Assembly: GCF_006345805.1 (NCBI RefSeq)
Contig: NC_042999.1
Location: 173,538,001 to 173,602,000 of the forward strand
Source of the DNA: Octopus sinensis
Taxonomy: Eukaryota
Direction: 5' to 3'
DNA: 64,000 nucleotides
The notes beneath the pieces are model-generated. The model made no database searches, was not told where the DNA came from, and worked only from the letters and a program-made list of their open reading frames with translations. Shown one piece after another: positions 40,461 to 52,697 of the stretch (its first letter is position 1; every line of letters begins with the position of its first letter). The position numbers and the translations under genes were made by a program.

Positions 40461-40480
40461 CGTGTGTGTGTGTGTGTCTG
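40388..40480. repeat. (TG)n microsatellite
   Basis: Perfect run. Confidence 0.95.
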
Positions 40481-40545
40481 TCTGTGTCTGTGTTTCTGCT
40501 AACGCTTCGGGTTTGATCAGTTCGCCCATTTGGGCCAGACATGTC

Positions 40546-41112
40546 TTATAGTAAGATATCTATATTATACAGATCAGTACTTCTAATAGACGTTGCTACG
40601 AATATATTGTTATTGTTGCTGATGTTATAGTTATTTACGTTGGTATTAATGTTACCATTTGTGTTGATGTGGCTATTGTTGTTTTTTTGCTTTTCATTGT
40701 CATAATTTTTGTTGTTGCAGAGGTGGTGGTGGTGGTGACGGTAATGGAGGTGGTTGTGGTGGTGTTGGTGTTTGTGCCGGCTATGTTTGTGTCCGTATTG
40801 TCGCTGTTGTTTGATTATCATGTTATTGTTGCTTTCATTGAAGGCGGGAGGGTTAATGCTGTTAGAATTAAACTCTAGCCTTGAGTTGATGTTGCTGTTG
40901 CTGCTCTTAGTTGTCACATGTGTAGTATGGTCCACTGGACTTTGGGCTTGGTTAGTGTTCACATTACTTTCCATTTGGGAAGTTGAACGCAGAGGACTCG
41001 AACGTGTATTGCAAATCTCTATCAGGGCTACTTCTGACTTCCTACTCCATGTCAGTTTGCTTTTAAAATTATTTTTTCCCAAAACAAAATCAAAATATTT
41101 TCCGAATTTGTA
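40546..41112 (-). other. Open frame encoding an N/H/S/T-rich low-complexity peptide; coding status unproven
   Basis: ~189 stop-free codons, partly non-repetitive; no ATG context or in-frame strong acceptor found. Confidence 0.2.
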
Positions 41113-41260
41113 TCACCAAAAGGCTACAAACAAATCGACGAGTCATATGTAGTCCTAGTGGTTTCACAAATATTTTGTAACAAAATTAAAGAGTCAACAA
41201 TTTTTGGAGACAGAAATAGGTAAACGTACGAGTGATACGACGCGCACCCAACCAGTACGG

Positions 41261-41316
<56 letters not shown>

Positions 41317-41412
41317 TAGAATAAGAGCATCACAACAAATCACAGTACATACCCAAGGCACACAGAGCTGCGCTCGGTAGTGAAGTGAAAGCACGCTATA
41401 AAAATAAAACTA

Positions 41413-41470
<58 letters not shown>

Positions 41471-41494
41471 TAATAATAATGATAATAATAATAA
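41261..41494 (+). repeat. (TAA)n array interrupted by a 95-bp Dong 3' tail
   Basis: TAA runs at 41261-41316 and 41416-41494. Confidence 0.9.
41321..41415 (+). mobile_element. Extremely 5'-truncated Dong family A insertion (3' UTR only)
   Basis: 87 of 95 nt identical to the reverse complement of 31289-31383. Confidence 0.9.
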
Positions 41495-44400
41495 CACGAG
41501 CCAATCAAAGCTAAAAAATGATAACATTATCGTAGCACCAAAATGTTTTTGGAAACTAAAAGGAAAACTAAATCAGTATACCAAATCGCTTGTCCTATGG
41601 TTAATCTGGAAGCGCGTCCCCCAGGGAAGAGCCAGCCTGGGATCGAAAAGTCATCAACTGGCACAAACTCTTCTCCGAATACGGACATGGATGGTCACTT
41701 GAACGGGAAATCCCCCAACTCGAGCCCTCCAAGTTCACCACCACAACCACCACAGAAAGAAAAATGTAAGCGGAACAAATGGACCCGAGAAGAGTATAAA
41801 GAAGTAATATACGCTTATTACTATGCATTAGGTAGGCCATCTCAAGAGAGACACACCGCAGACTCTTACAGTATATGGAGAACACGGAATCAAGACAGTA
41901 GGCCCTATTTGGACGAGAACAAATTAGCAAATGTGAGGAGGGATATCCTTAAAAATAATAGACTCACAGACAGTGAACTAAGCGCGATCAAGCACGCAAC
42001 GGAAAATGACATAAATATAAGACACAAAGGAAATGAAGAATCAGATGAACAGTATAGCCCGCCACGAGGCTTAATTGAAAGACTGCCATCTGACCAAAGT
42101 ACGCAAAGGCCTGAAGATACAAGAAATTCTATTGTGCCTGTTAAAGATAGCCAGGAAAACAAAAAAAACAACAGTAACTGAAGATCTCGCATTTGCTGAA
42201 GAACACAGAGAGTCTATGGCAGAAATGAGGCAGAAAATCCTGAATACGCTTGAAGTTGTAAGACATACAAGTATGAATGATAGAGAACCACTTCATAAAC
42301 TCTCAAATACAAACCAAAATAAAAAACAAATCCAAATTGGCAACTATGTTACACATGAAATAATACGAGAATTAAAACCTGATTTTACTGAGTTAAAAAA
42401 AATTATTTACGCTTCTGCTAGGGCAATTGAAACCAGCTGTATGCCCCCGAAAAAACAAAGAAAACAAAACCTGGCAAGAAATCAAACCTGGAGAAGTAAA
42501 ATTGAAAAAGAGATTGAATTTATGAGAGGGGAAATATCAATATTAAATGAACTAATATGTGGAAATGATGTAAGATCCAGAACAGGAAGAAAGATGAAGA
42601 GAAAATTTGGATCCTCACCAAGAGAAGAACTGATATCAATAAAAGAAACGCTGAAACAAAAAGTCCAAGCAAAAGCCCAAAGAATACGAAGATTTGAGAA
42701 GAGAAACAAGTTTTACAAGCAAAATAAGCTGTTCACATCCAATGCCAAAAAATTCTACAGAGAAATAGGGAAGGAGAAAGTAACCGTTAAAGACCCCCCT
42801 CCCATGGATGAAGTTCAAAACTTTTGGAAAAGGATTTGGAGTGACAAGAAGACGTACAACATAAATGCAGACTGGATTATACAAACTGAAGGATCCTACC
42901 AAAATTTACAACAAAAAGCATGGGAAGACATCACAATAGCAGACCTAAGAAAGGCACTCACGAAGGCCCATAATTGGAAATCCCCCGGTAAAGATAAGGT
43001 GCCGAATTTCTGGCTCGCATCGCTCCCATGCGCACACGGTAAGCTAGTTCAGCTGTTCAATGGAATTATGAGAGACCCAAAGAAAACACCTGAATGGTTA
43101 GCAAGTGGCATTACTTACCTACTCCCAAAGAATAACGAAACCAACCTTCCAAAAAACTATCGGCCTATAACCTGTCTATCCATCACGTATAAAATCCTAA
43201 CATCTATCCTGGCGGAGAAAACATATGCATTCATGGAGAAGAACGATATTTTCCCCATTGAACAAAAAGGGTGCCGCCGAGGCTCTTACGGATGCAAAGA
43301 TCAACTGCTAATCAATCGTATGATCCTTGAGAACTGTCACAACAAGCGCAGAAATCTCAGCACCGCATGGATTGACTATAAAAAGGCCTTCGACAGTATA
43401 CCGCATCCATGGATCTTGAGATCGCTGGACATCTTCAAAATTTCCCCTGTGATTTCAAACTTCCTGAAGCACAATATGTCGTTGTGGAATACGAATCTCC
43501 AATTATACCACTCTAATGGAGTACTTGCCTCAGAAAATATAAACATCAACTGTGGAATTTTTCAATGTGACTCACTTTCACCTTTAATATTCTGCATAGC
43601 CCTAATACCCCTTACAAGTGAATTAAACAGAACAGGGTATGGGTATAAAATTGCCAATAAAAAAATAAGCCATCTATTTTAATATGGATGACTTAAAACT
43701 TTATGGTAAAGACAATAATGAACTTGAAGGCCTATTGCGCACCGTGAAAGCATTCAGCGATGACATCGGGATGGAGTTTGGACTTGAGAAGTGTGCCAAG
43801 GCCACTTTCCAGAAAGGGAAAGTGAAGACCACAAATTCAGTCGTGTTAGATGTTGACACAGTCATAAGAGAGCTTGAGCAAGAACAAACATACAAATATT
43901 TAGGGATAAATGAAGGCTCTGGTATTCAGCATGCAAGCATGAAAGAGAAAATCAGGAAGGAATGTTATAGGAGAGTTCGTGCAGTCCTGAAATCTGAACT
44001 AAATGCACGTAACAAGGTGTTAGCTATACATTCCTTAGCAGTTCCAGTTGTTACATATAGCTACAATGTGTTGAACTGGAATATGAGTGAAGTAAAGAAT
44101 ATAGATAGAAAAATACGCAAGCTGCTGAGTTGTAATAGGATGCACCACCCAAAGGCAGACGTAGATCGCCTTTACCTTCCCAGAGCCCAAGGAGGCCGAG
44201 GCCTGATCCAATTTGAACTAGCTTACAAAACAACCACAATTGGACTGGCCAAATATCTCGAAATATCGAATGACTGGATGCTAAAGATCGTGGAAAATCA
44301 CGAGAGACGAAAGAAGCTTCATTCTATCATCAAGGAAAGCAAGAAATTTGCTATTGATCTCGTGCAGGATACCCAAACTGAACAACCCGAGGGTAGTACG

Positions 44401-45392
44401 GCAACTATTGTTGCAAAAAGGTGAAAATGATGACAATGAAAAAAGCGCACGAGCAATTGGCTGATAGGTGGGAGGAGAAACCTCTGCACGGCAAATACGT
44501 GACCCGCAGCAAACAAGCTGATGTTGACCAGAAGCAAACCCATCAGTGGCTGCGGAGCTCAGGGCTAAAAGCAGAGAGCGACGGTTTCATCCTGGCTGCT
44601 CAAGACCAAAGCCTATTAACCCGGAACTACCAGGCCAATGTGATGAAAAATGGAGCAGACCCAAAATGCCGATTCTGCAACGACATGATTGAAACAGTGG
44701 ACCACCTAATCTCTGGATGTAAAGTCTTAGCACCAGTGGAGTATAAATTAAGACATCTCCACTGGCTAATAAGTCGGCATTACAATATCAAAACTGCCGA
44801 CAAGTGGTATAATCACCACCCTGAGGCTGTAACTGAAGGAGAAAATGTAACCATTCTGTGGGACTTTCCAGTACATACAGACCGAACCATCAAGGCCAAT
44901 AAACCAGATATTGTTGTGAAAGACCAAAACAATAAAGTTTGCTTATTGATCGACATGAGCATCCCCTGTGATCATAATATCTCAGCGAAAGAGTTTGACA
45001 AGCTCAGAAAATATAAAGACCTACTCATTGAAATTGAGAAAATGTGGCATCTCAAGGCGGTTACAATACCAGTGATCGTAGGAGCACTAGGAATGATCAA
45101 GAAGGGAACCGAAAATTATATGAGAATGATCCCTGGCTTACCATCCCTGCAAGAAGTGCAAAAGATTGTCTTAACTGGTACATCACACGTATTGAGAAGA
45201 GCATTGTCGATGTGAGAACTGTTGCTGCTCATGTATTTTAATTTAACTTAAAAAAAAAAAAGTTTTTAAAATGAACGAACTACTGAGTTTGGTTTAATGG
45301 CCTACCAATATACACTATGAGTTTCTTTGCCCTAGGAGTCGGGAAGACACTCGGCAAGAAATGGAAGAAAATTTGAAAGAAGAAAAATAAAG
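41495..45392 (+). mobile_element. Near-full-length R4/Dong-clade non-LTR retrotransposon (family B)
   Basis: N-terminal KWTREE..NNRLTDSEL domain, RT, CCHC knuckle (CRFC..ETVDHLISGC), PD-(D/E)xK endonuclease (KPDIVV..LIDMSIP..K..KY); (TAA)n on both sides. Confidence 0.95.
41543..45215 (+). pseudogene. Single RT-RLE polyprotein ORF broken by three +/-1 frameshifts
   Basis: ORF pieces 41543-42181, 42075-43682, 43684-44424 and 44421-45215 join colinearly; motifs KSPGKD, NYRPITCL, DYKKAFDSI, Q(C)DSLSP, (Y)MDDLKL. Confidence 0.93.
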
Positions 45393-45659
45393 TAATAATA
45401 ATAATAATAATGATGATGATGATAATGCCCTGATGTAGTACAAGGCACTGGCTCCCATGGCTTTTAATTTTTACTGGTTGGAAGTGTTATCATGTACAAG
45501 ATTTGACATGGTATAAAAATGGGCTACACCAAACCACAGATTTGCTTGTCAGTTGTTTGACCGTAACAAGTTGAGCATGTCCATTAGTAACCGAAGATAT
45601 ATGCATCTCTGATCACGAGCAGTAGTTGGGGGACCATCATAGCCATGTGTTGGGAGGAG

Positions 45660-45730
45660 AACGTCTTTTATGTTTCGAGCCTACACTCTTCAACAGAAAG
45701 GAACACGAGGAAATGAACAGAGAGAGAATA
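45660..45730 (-). mobile_element. Penelope-like terminal fragment with decayed hammerhead motif
   Basis: ctttctgttgaagagtgtaggctcgaaacataaaagac, same subfamily as 22541. Confidence 0.5.
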
Positions 45731-45767
45731 AAAAAAAAAACCTTTAGAGTTTCATATATATATATAT

Positions 45768-45995
45768 ATACTAAGCAATAAGGGTTTAGCAACGAGTTGC
45801 CTTACCACATACCGAATTAGAAATAGCAGTCAAAGGGTTATAGCTATTTCTTCTACTAAAAAGGGAGATCTCAGTAAAAACAGTTTTTACTGAGATCTCC
45901 CTTTTTAGTAGAAGAAATAGCTATAACCCTTGACTGCTATTTCTAAATTCGGTATGTGGTAAGGCAACTCGTTGCTAAACCCTTATGCTTAGTAT
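45768..45995. repeat. Spacer-less 228-bp palindrome
   Basis: Arms identical except three 1-nt homopolymer indels; centre at 45882. Confidence 0.95.
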
Positions 45996-46090
45996 TACTT
46001 AAATTTTCCTCGAATGAGGCTTTTACATGCCGAAGACTACTTGGTGTAATTGATAATTTTTCCAAATTAATTAATTTCACCTTCATTATT

Positions 46091-46151
<61 letters not shown>

Positions 46152-47420
46152 CATTCTCCCACGAAAATGACTGAATATATATTAAGTTCAACTTTCAGAT
46201 ATAGCGAGCACTTCTAGTTTTCATCAGTAATTCAGTTCTCAACCAAATTGAATGCGACTTTTTTTTAGCAATAATGATCCAGTTTTCAAGTATATTTCGA
46301 GATGAGATAATTGAAATTTTGTTCATTAGAAAAAAGTTAGGTCAAGATATCTGAGATCGAAAATGGGAGAGTAAGACGAAACATTGATTTTGAATCAAAA
46401 TATCAGTTATTTTAAAAGAAATGTATAGATTAATTGGGTTTAAAAGAATGTGCGCATTGAGAAAAGTCTCTTGGAGAAAACTTCGTTAAAAGTGTTAAAT
46501 AGGAAAAATGTTGTATGGCTTTAAGTGACAAAAAAAGGTAACCTTCAAAATTGATTTTGAATCAAAATACCTCAGCTATTCAATAGTTGTGTTCAAAGGA
46601 AAGAGTTCTATGAGATGAATCTTATGGTGAAAACTTTGTCAAAAATATTAATTAGCTTTAAAAACGTGGTGATCATTGTAACAAATTAAAACATTTTCCC
46701 CATTTTAAGATATAAAAGACGGCACCTAGTGTCGTAGGTCGCTTAGCTTAAAACTACATCACGCTTAACTGGAGTTTCAGAGGTAGGAATTCGATCCTCT
46801 ATATCGCCTTGCTAGCCATTTCTTCCGTTTACTAAAGGTATTTAGTCAATTTTCTAAACTATTTTCACAGTTATTCAGCGTTCGAGAATTAGTTCGAATG
46901 TAAGATCTCTATGAGCAGAATCTTATGATGAAAACCTTGTCAAAGTATTAGCTGCGAAACACTTTTTGTCTTCCAGTGACGGAAAGAGGTAATAATTCTA
47001 AGAAATCAACGTATTTTTGTCTTATCTGAACTCCAATGAAATAGTTCCTCCAAATGTATATTTTGGAACGCTCTAAGAATATTAAGCATAAACATAGATT
47101 TGTATTTTGTCACATTAATTTCTATATTTTGTTTATGTATTAAATCATTTACATATTAAAACATTAAAATGTTTTCACTCGTGGAAAAAACAAATTATTA
47201 TTTATTTAATTAGAATATAACACTTTCATAATAAAAATTGTTTAAAACTATATTTATTTGTAACAGATATGCTGCTATTAATCTTTTGTTATTTTTATGT
47301 GAAAACAAACTCTGAGTTTGAATAAAATCCTATTTACAATAGAATAATTTCCGAATTATAAAGGTTAATATAATTATAATAATAGAAGCGTTTCCTTGAG
47401 AAAAAATGGACTAGAATGAA

Positions 47421-48320
47421 AAATGCGAGCGCAGAATCCTAAAATATTCTTAAGTATTGAACCTTGAAAATATAGAACAAGCAATTATTAAGTCTGGAAA
47501 AGTAAAGAACAAGAAAAAAAACTTATAATATTACCGCTGATGTTAGAATTTATTAAATACATTTCTGACATTGTTCAAGAAATAGTGTGTATACTATTTT
47601 GTTCTTTATACTTTTTAAAAATTTTTATTTCAATGTTTTTTTTAAATTGAAGTTAATATTTTTTATTTAATTTTTTTCCAAAATACTAAAACATGTCTGT
47701 CTTATTTTAGTACTATATATTATTTTTGTATGTTTTTTCTTTACAAAACGCATACACACATTTTAAATCACATATATATCACTTTATAAAATTAAACTTT
47801 ATAAAATTAAACTTAAGTAGAATATATGTAATTCAAAAGAGTAAAATATAGTAAAACAAGATTTTTTGGGGAAACAAAAGAATTGATTTCTTTAAAGTTT
47901 GCATTATCAGATAACAAAATATTTTCTTTTTACATTTCGAAAAATATTTTTAAAAAATGAAAGCTAATGAAAAAAATTGTGCGCAGAATATAGAAATAAC
48001 GCTTTAGTTTTTTAAAACTTGCTACTATTTTATGTTTTAAATATATAAATCAAATGTTTGATGTGTAAAATTGCAGGTAATTAGTATTTTCACTAAAACT
48101 GAAAATAATAGTTTCTTGCGTATTTTAATTTAAATATTTAAGCAAAATAAAAATATAAAAGGGCATTTATTACTATTTTAATTTTTAGATTCTAACGTCA
48201 GCAGCAAAATTTTAAGCTTTTTCTTGCCGTCCGGTACTTTTCCAAGCTAAATTACAACTTGTTTTGTAATTTTCCAGGTTCAATACTTTAGAATATTTTA
48301 GGATTCTGAGCCCACATTCG
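47421..48320. mobile_element. Old fold-back element with ~130-bp diverged inverted arms
   Basis: cagaatcctaaaatattct.aagtattgaacc..gctga.gttagaat at 47421-47549 versus its reverse complement at 48189-48320. Confidence 0.6.
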
Positions 48321-48334
48321 TTATTATATATATA

Positions 48335-49450
48335 TATACTCGTAAGACCTAGGAGTTCGTTTATATATTTGTCTTCACATTTTTGTTATTGGCAGAGAAC
48401 TTGCTGTTATAAGGATGGTTTCAGTTTTCAGGTCCCACAATAGGGTTAATTCTGCTTCCATATTTTTATATTCCAACAGTTTTTCAAATTCTTTTAGAGA
48501 CACACTGTCATTTATAGGGACTGGTATGACGATTAGGAATCTTATGTTTTACGACTTGGTTCATGACAATATTTAGTCGGTTAGTCTTGATTTCCCTATA
48601 AATGTGCATCGGTGTATCCCAGTGTACAGTTGCCTTGTCACTATCTGTAACCTTTGCTTGGATATGTATATACCACATCATCTCTGTTTGTATTCCATAG
48701 TACTAGCACAACTTCCAATATAGTCAGTCCAACTCTATCGTATCTGCAGACATAGTCTTTCTTGGATAAAGCTAGGTAGCAAGAGACAATATAATTCTGT
48801 TTCTTGCCGATCATCATATATTATGTAGTTACTGTATTCTGCTTCATTATTCCATTAATTTTTTATGGGGTGTCGGATGGAGAGGCTTTGATATTGCATA
48901 GCAATTAAGAGCTTTCCAATCCTTTCTCTGAATCCTGCTTTTTTCAACAATGTTGGGATTTTTCAATGTTTATTTCTATTTTATTCAGCGTATTTGCCAT
49001 GTTCAGTCTTTTGTTCTCATCGCTTTATCATTGCATTTTGTAGTTCCAGTTTAAACTTAGATTTCACTGATTTACAGTTTGTGTTGCTTCTTATTTTTAT
49101 TTATAGCTGTCAGTTATTGTGACACATGGTACGCAGTTTTCCACATTCTTGAACACAGAAAATAGTTCTTTTATTTTGTTTTGCTCATATTTTGTAGCTA
49201 TTTGTATCATTTGTCTGTGATTCTGAATTTGATATTCTAGTAGTCCAATGGGGAATATTTTATAGTTGTTTTCTAATGTATACGGTTACTTACTGCCTTC
49301 AACTCGTGGTTTATATAATCATTTAGCAGATTTTGTGTGGCGTATTCTAGATCCACTTCTTACTTTCCTTTTCGTTCTGTCTCATTCTGATGCTTTATTT
49401 CGTGTCCAGTTAAGAATATTGTAATACATTATTTAACTGGAATAACCTCA
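48335..49450 (-). mobile_element. Degenerate Dong-like LINE, C-terminal half
   Basis: ATVHWDTPMHIYREIKTNRLNIV..SLKEFEKLLEYKNMEAELTLLWDLKTETI resembles the RLE domain. Confidence 0.65.
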
Positions 49451-49689
49451 GAGGAATTTTGAAAGTGAAGCTTTTGCTTACTATCAAAACCTTGCAACAA
49501 CAAGACCTACACAGCATTGCCGTCGTAGAAAGGACTGGACCGCAAGACTAACAGCAGTATAAGTATTAATAACAATAACATTAACAAAAATAACAGCAAC
49601 AGCAATAGTAGATACAGTCACAACCGCATCAAAGATGAAAATAATAACAGTAGGAATGATAACGTGTGAAATAGAGTAGCAGACAGTAG

Positions 49690-51380
49690 CAGTAAAACCT
49701 CTTGCAGTCTCTAAGTACAGTTTTGTCTTTCAGGAGTTGATCCTTGATACCTCTGCATTTACGCTTGCAACCTTTCTGTTCATGTGACAGGACTCCATTT
49801 TTTTCCGGATGTTCGTACATTTCTGGATGTTCGTAATTTCCACATAAGTGGCAAACATAATATCGGCCTGTAATTATCTACCGCATTGCCTTTTTCGATA
49901 TTTTTCAGGCACAGCACTGTCCTACCCAATGTTAACCACTCTGGTGTTACTTGGTCGGCATTTAACAAGGTGTTGATTTGCGCAGCTATTCGTGCATGTC
50001 ATTCACCAAATATTTTGACCCAGTAGCCTTGAACTCTATCTGGTCCCGGGGCCTTCCAGTTGTTTTTTTGTTTTGCTTCTCTTCCCTTCCCTAATTGAAT
50101 TGACTTCTGTCTGTTTTGGACAGACGACTGTTTATTCCCGTTCTTGCAACCATTCAGTATCCTTCTTATGCTCTTTATCTTTGCTCCAGATGTCACTCTA
50201 AAACCTTTGACTTTCAATGTTATCTGGTATCAACTTTTCATCAGTACACTCTCCATTTATTTCTTTATAGAATCTCTTCTGATCTACTCTGAATAACCTA
50301 TTCTGGTGATAACGCTTCATTCATTGGTCGTATCTTACCATCTTTGCTTTCTTTGGAACGAGGCGCTGTTTTAGTTCTTCCATTATACTTCCTTTTCAGC
50401 GTCCTGTATTTATGTTCGCTTCTAAGCTCACCTTCCTCTTTTCGGGCTAACACAGAAATTTCCTTCGAGAGCATATCTACCCCTACATGGATCCTTTTTT
50501 TCCACCATAGCTGTTTTCTTTTGTCACTTCCATTTTGTTTCTTTTTCTTGACATCAACACCCACGTTGTCTGCTACAACAATACTTACTGCTTTGATCAA
50601 ATTATTTGTTTCTGTAATTTTGTTTGTTCTGATGTATTTCGGAATATCATTAACATTTTTCATTTCTTGGTCCAACTTTCACCAGTCAACCTTTTTAAGG
50701 TTGCAAATGATATTGCTATCGTTCTCCTGTAATCTTTATTCTGTCGTAGATTGCCTTTTGTTCATCTGTAATGTCGCAATTAGTTTTATTGTCTTCTTTT
50801 AGATCATCTATATGTCTCTCATCAAGTAAACTACCAGTGTTCCTTTCCTGTGCTATGAGATTACTTTTATTAGTAAGAACTGTATTTTCATCGTTATCTC
50901 TGCTGCTATTTTCCAAGATCCGTCTTTTGATAGCATTGAGCTCTACTTCTGTGAACCAACGATTTTTTCTTATTTCTCTAGCTTGATTACATAATCTCTG
51001 TTCGGTGATTTGAAACAATCCTTTTTCTCTCCAATGATCATACATACGTTATCAGTAACCCCTAATTTGAGCACCATTTTCATCTACCGGGCTACTCAAG
51101 TAGTAACACTCCATGACCACAGCGTCAATTTGCTTGCTCCATCTACGCCGTGTGTGGTGGTCCCTTTCTGGATACTGACTGGCTGGAGCCGGACTAGAAT
51201 CTATGAGCCTACCGGGTGCAACTCAGTCACCATCAATAACTCCAGTTTCGTTACCACCGTTATTCACAATATTGTGACTCATATGAGGTAGCGATTATCA
51301 GGTTGCCCAATTACCAGTGTTTTTATTGTGACACCATCACTAGATGTATCATTAATCAGTACAATGGGAGACTCCACCTG
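49690..51380 (-). mobile_element. Degenerate Dong-like LINE, 5' half
   Basis: [100 protein letters not shown]. Confidence 0.85.
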
Positions 51381-51384
51381 CTCC

Positions 51385-51391
51385 TTGTTAA

Positions 51392-51469
<78 letters not shown>

Positions 51470-51474
51470 CATTA

Positions 51475-51505
<31 letters not shown>

Positions 51506-51507
51506 CA

Positions 51508-51538
<31 letters not shown>

Positions 51539-51552
51539 TATTATTACCATTA

Positions 51553-51584
<32 letters not shown>

Positions 51585-51612
51585 TATTATTATTATTATT
51601 ATTAATAATAAT
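51385..51612. repeat. (ATT)n microsatellite abutting the 5' end of the Dong element
   Basis: Long trinucleotide run. Confidence 0.95.
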
Positions 51613-51616
51613 GATG

Positions 51617-51822
51617 CGGTGCGCTGGCAGATTCCTTACCATGACAGGAAAAATGCATAGCGGCACTTCGTCTGCCTTTACGTTCAGATATCGCTGAGGT
51701 CGACCTTGCCTTTCATTCTTTCGGGGTTGATAAAATAAGTACCAATTGATCACGGGATTTGATATAATGGACTTAACCGCCTTCAGAAATTGCTGATTGT
51801 GGCAAAATTTGAAACCAGTATT
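51617..51822 (+). mobile_element. SINE family B
   Basis: gcggtgcgctggcag..gaggtcgaccttgcctttcattctttcggggttgataaaataagtacc. Confidence 0.7.
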
Positions 51823-52175
51823 GTCACTACTAGTACCCTAACGCAGTCTTTTTACATAGACCTCATATGACGTTTTCTACTTTTTCCATTGGAGGCACAT
51901 AACACCAACCAGCTTAATACTATGTAATGCCTTCTGCAGTGTTCGCTTTGTTGTGTTACACTTCTAGCAAACATTAATGCAGAATAGAAGAGGTTACTTG
52001 TTATACTTAAAAACTACTTACTCTCTCGACACGGGTCGGATATGAAAGACAAATTTGACCCGGGCAGGATTCCAAATCAAAACGTAAAAAGCCGAAAGAA
52101 TTTGCAGTACTTTGAGATTTCCCATTTAACAGCAAAAAGACGATACATGCAAAAAAACAATTATAATAATATGAA

Positions 52176-52550
52176 GAAGTGGCTGTGTGGTAAGTAGCTT
52201 GCTAACCAACCACATGGTTCCGGGTTCAGTCCCACTGCGTGGCATCTTGGGCAAGTGTCTTCTGCTATAGCCCCGGGCCGACCAATGCCTTGTGAGTGGA
52301 TTTGGTAGACGGAAACTGAAAGAAGCCTGTCGTATATATGTATATATATATATGTATATGTATGTATGTGTATGTGTTTGTGTGTCTGTGTTTGTACCCC
52401 TAGCATCACTTAGCGGTTTGGCAAAAGAGACCGATAGAATAAGTACTAGGCTTACAAAGAATAAGTCCCGGGGTCGATTTGCTCGACTAAAGGCGGTGCT
52501 CCAGCATGGCCGCAGTCAAATGACTGAAACATGTAAAAGAGTAAAGAGTA
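52176..52550 (+). mobile_element. SINE family A, full length, low divergence
   Basis: Intact head, internal (TA/TG)n, tail gcggtgctccagcatggccgcagtcaaatgactgaaac plus (AAAGAGT)-type repeats. Confidence 0.92.
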
Positions 52551-52648
52551 ACCGCAAGGATTTTAAACTTGATATAAGTTCACCACCAGAAAACAACCAA
52601 ACACACGTGAGTTCATACAACCACACACACTGTGACGCACGCACACAA

Positions 52649-52694
<46 letters not shown>

Positions 52695-52697
<3 letters not shown>

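Noticed and set aside
46383-46950. Short internal repeats (attgattttgaatcaaaata at 46383 and 46550; ctatgag..gaatcttatg at 46608 and 46909)
   Set aside because: Probably the interior of an old non-autonomous transposon, but ends could not be defined, so it was not called as a feature.
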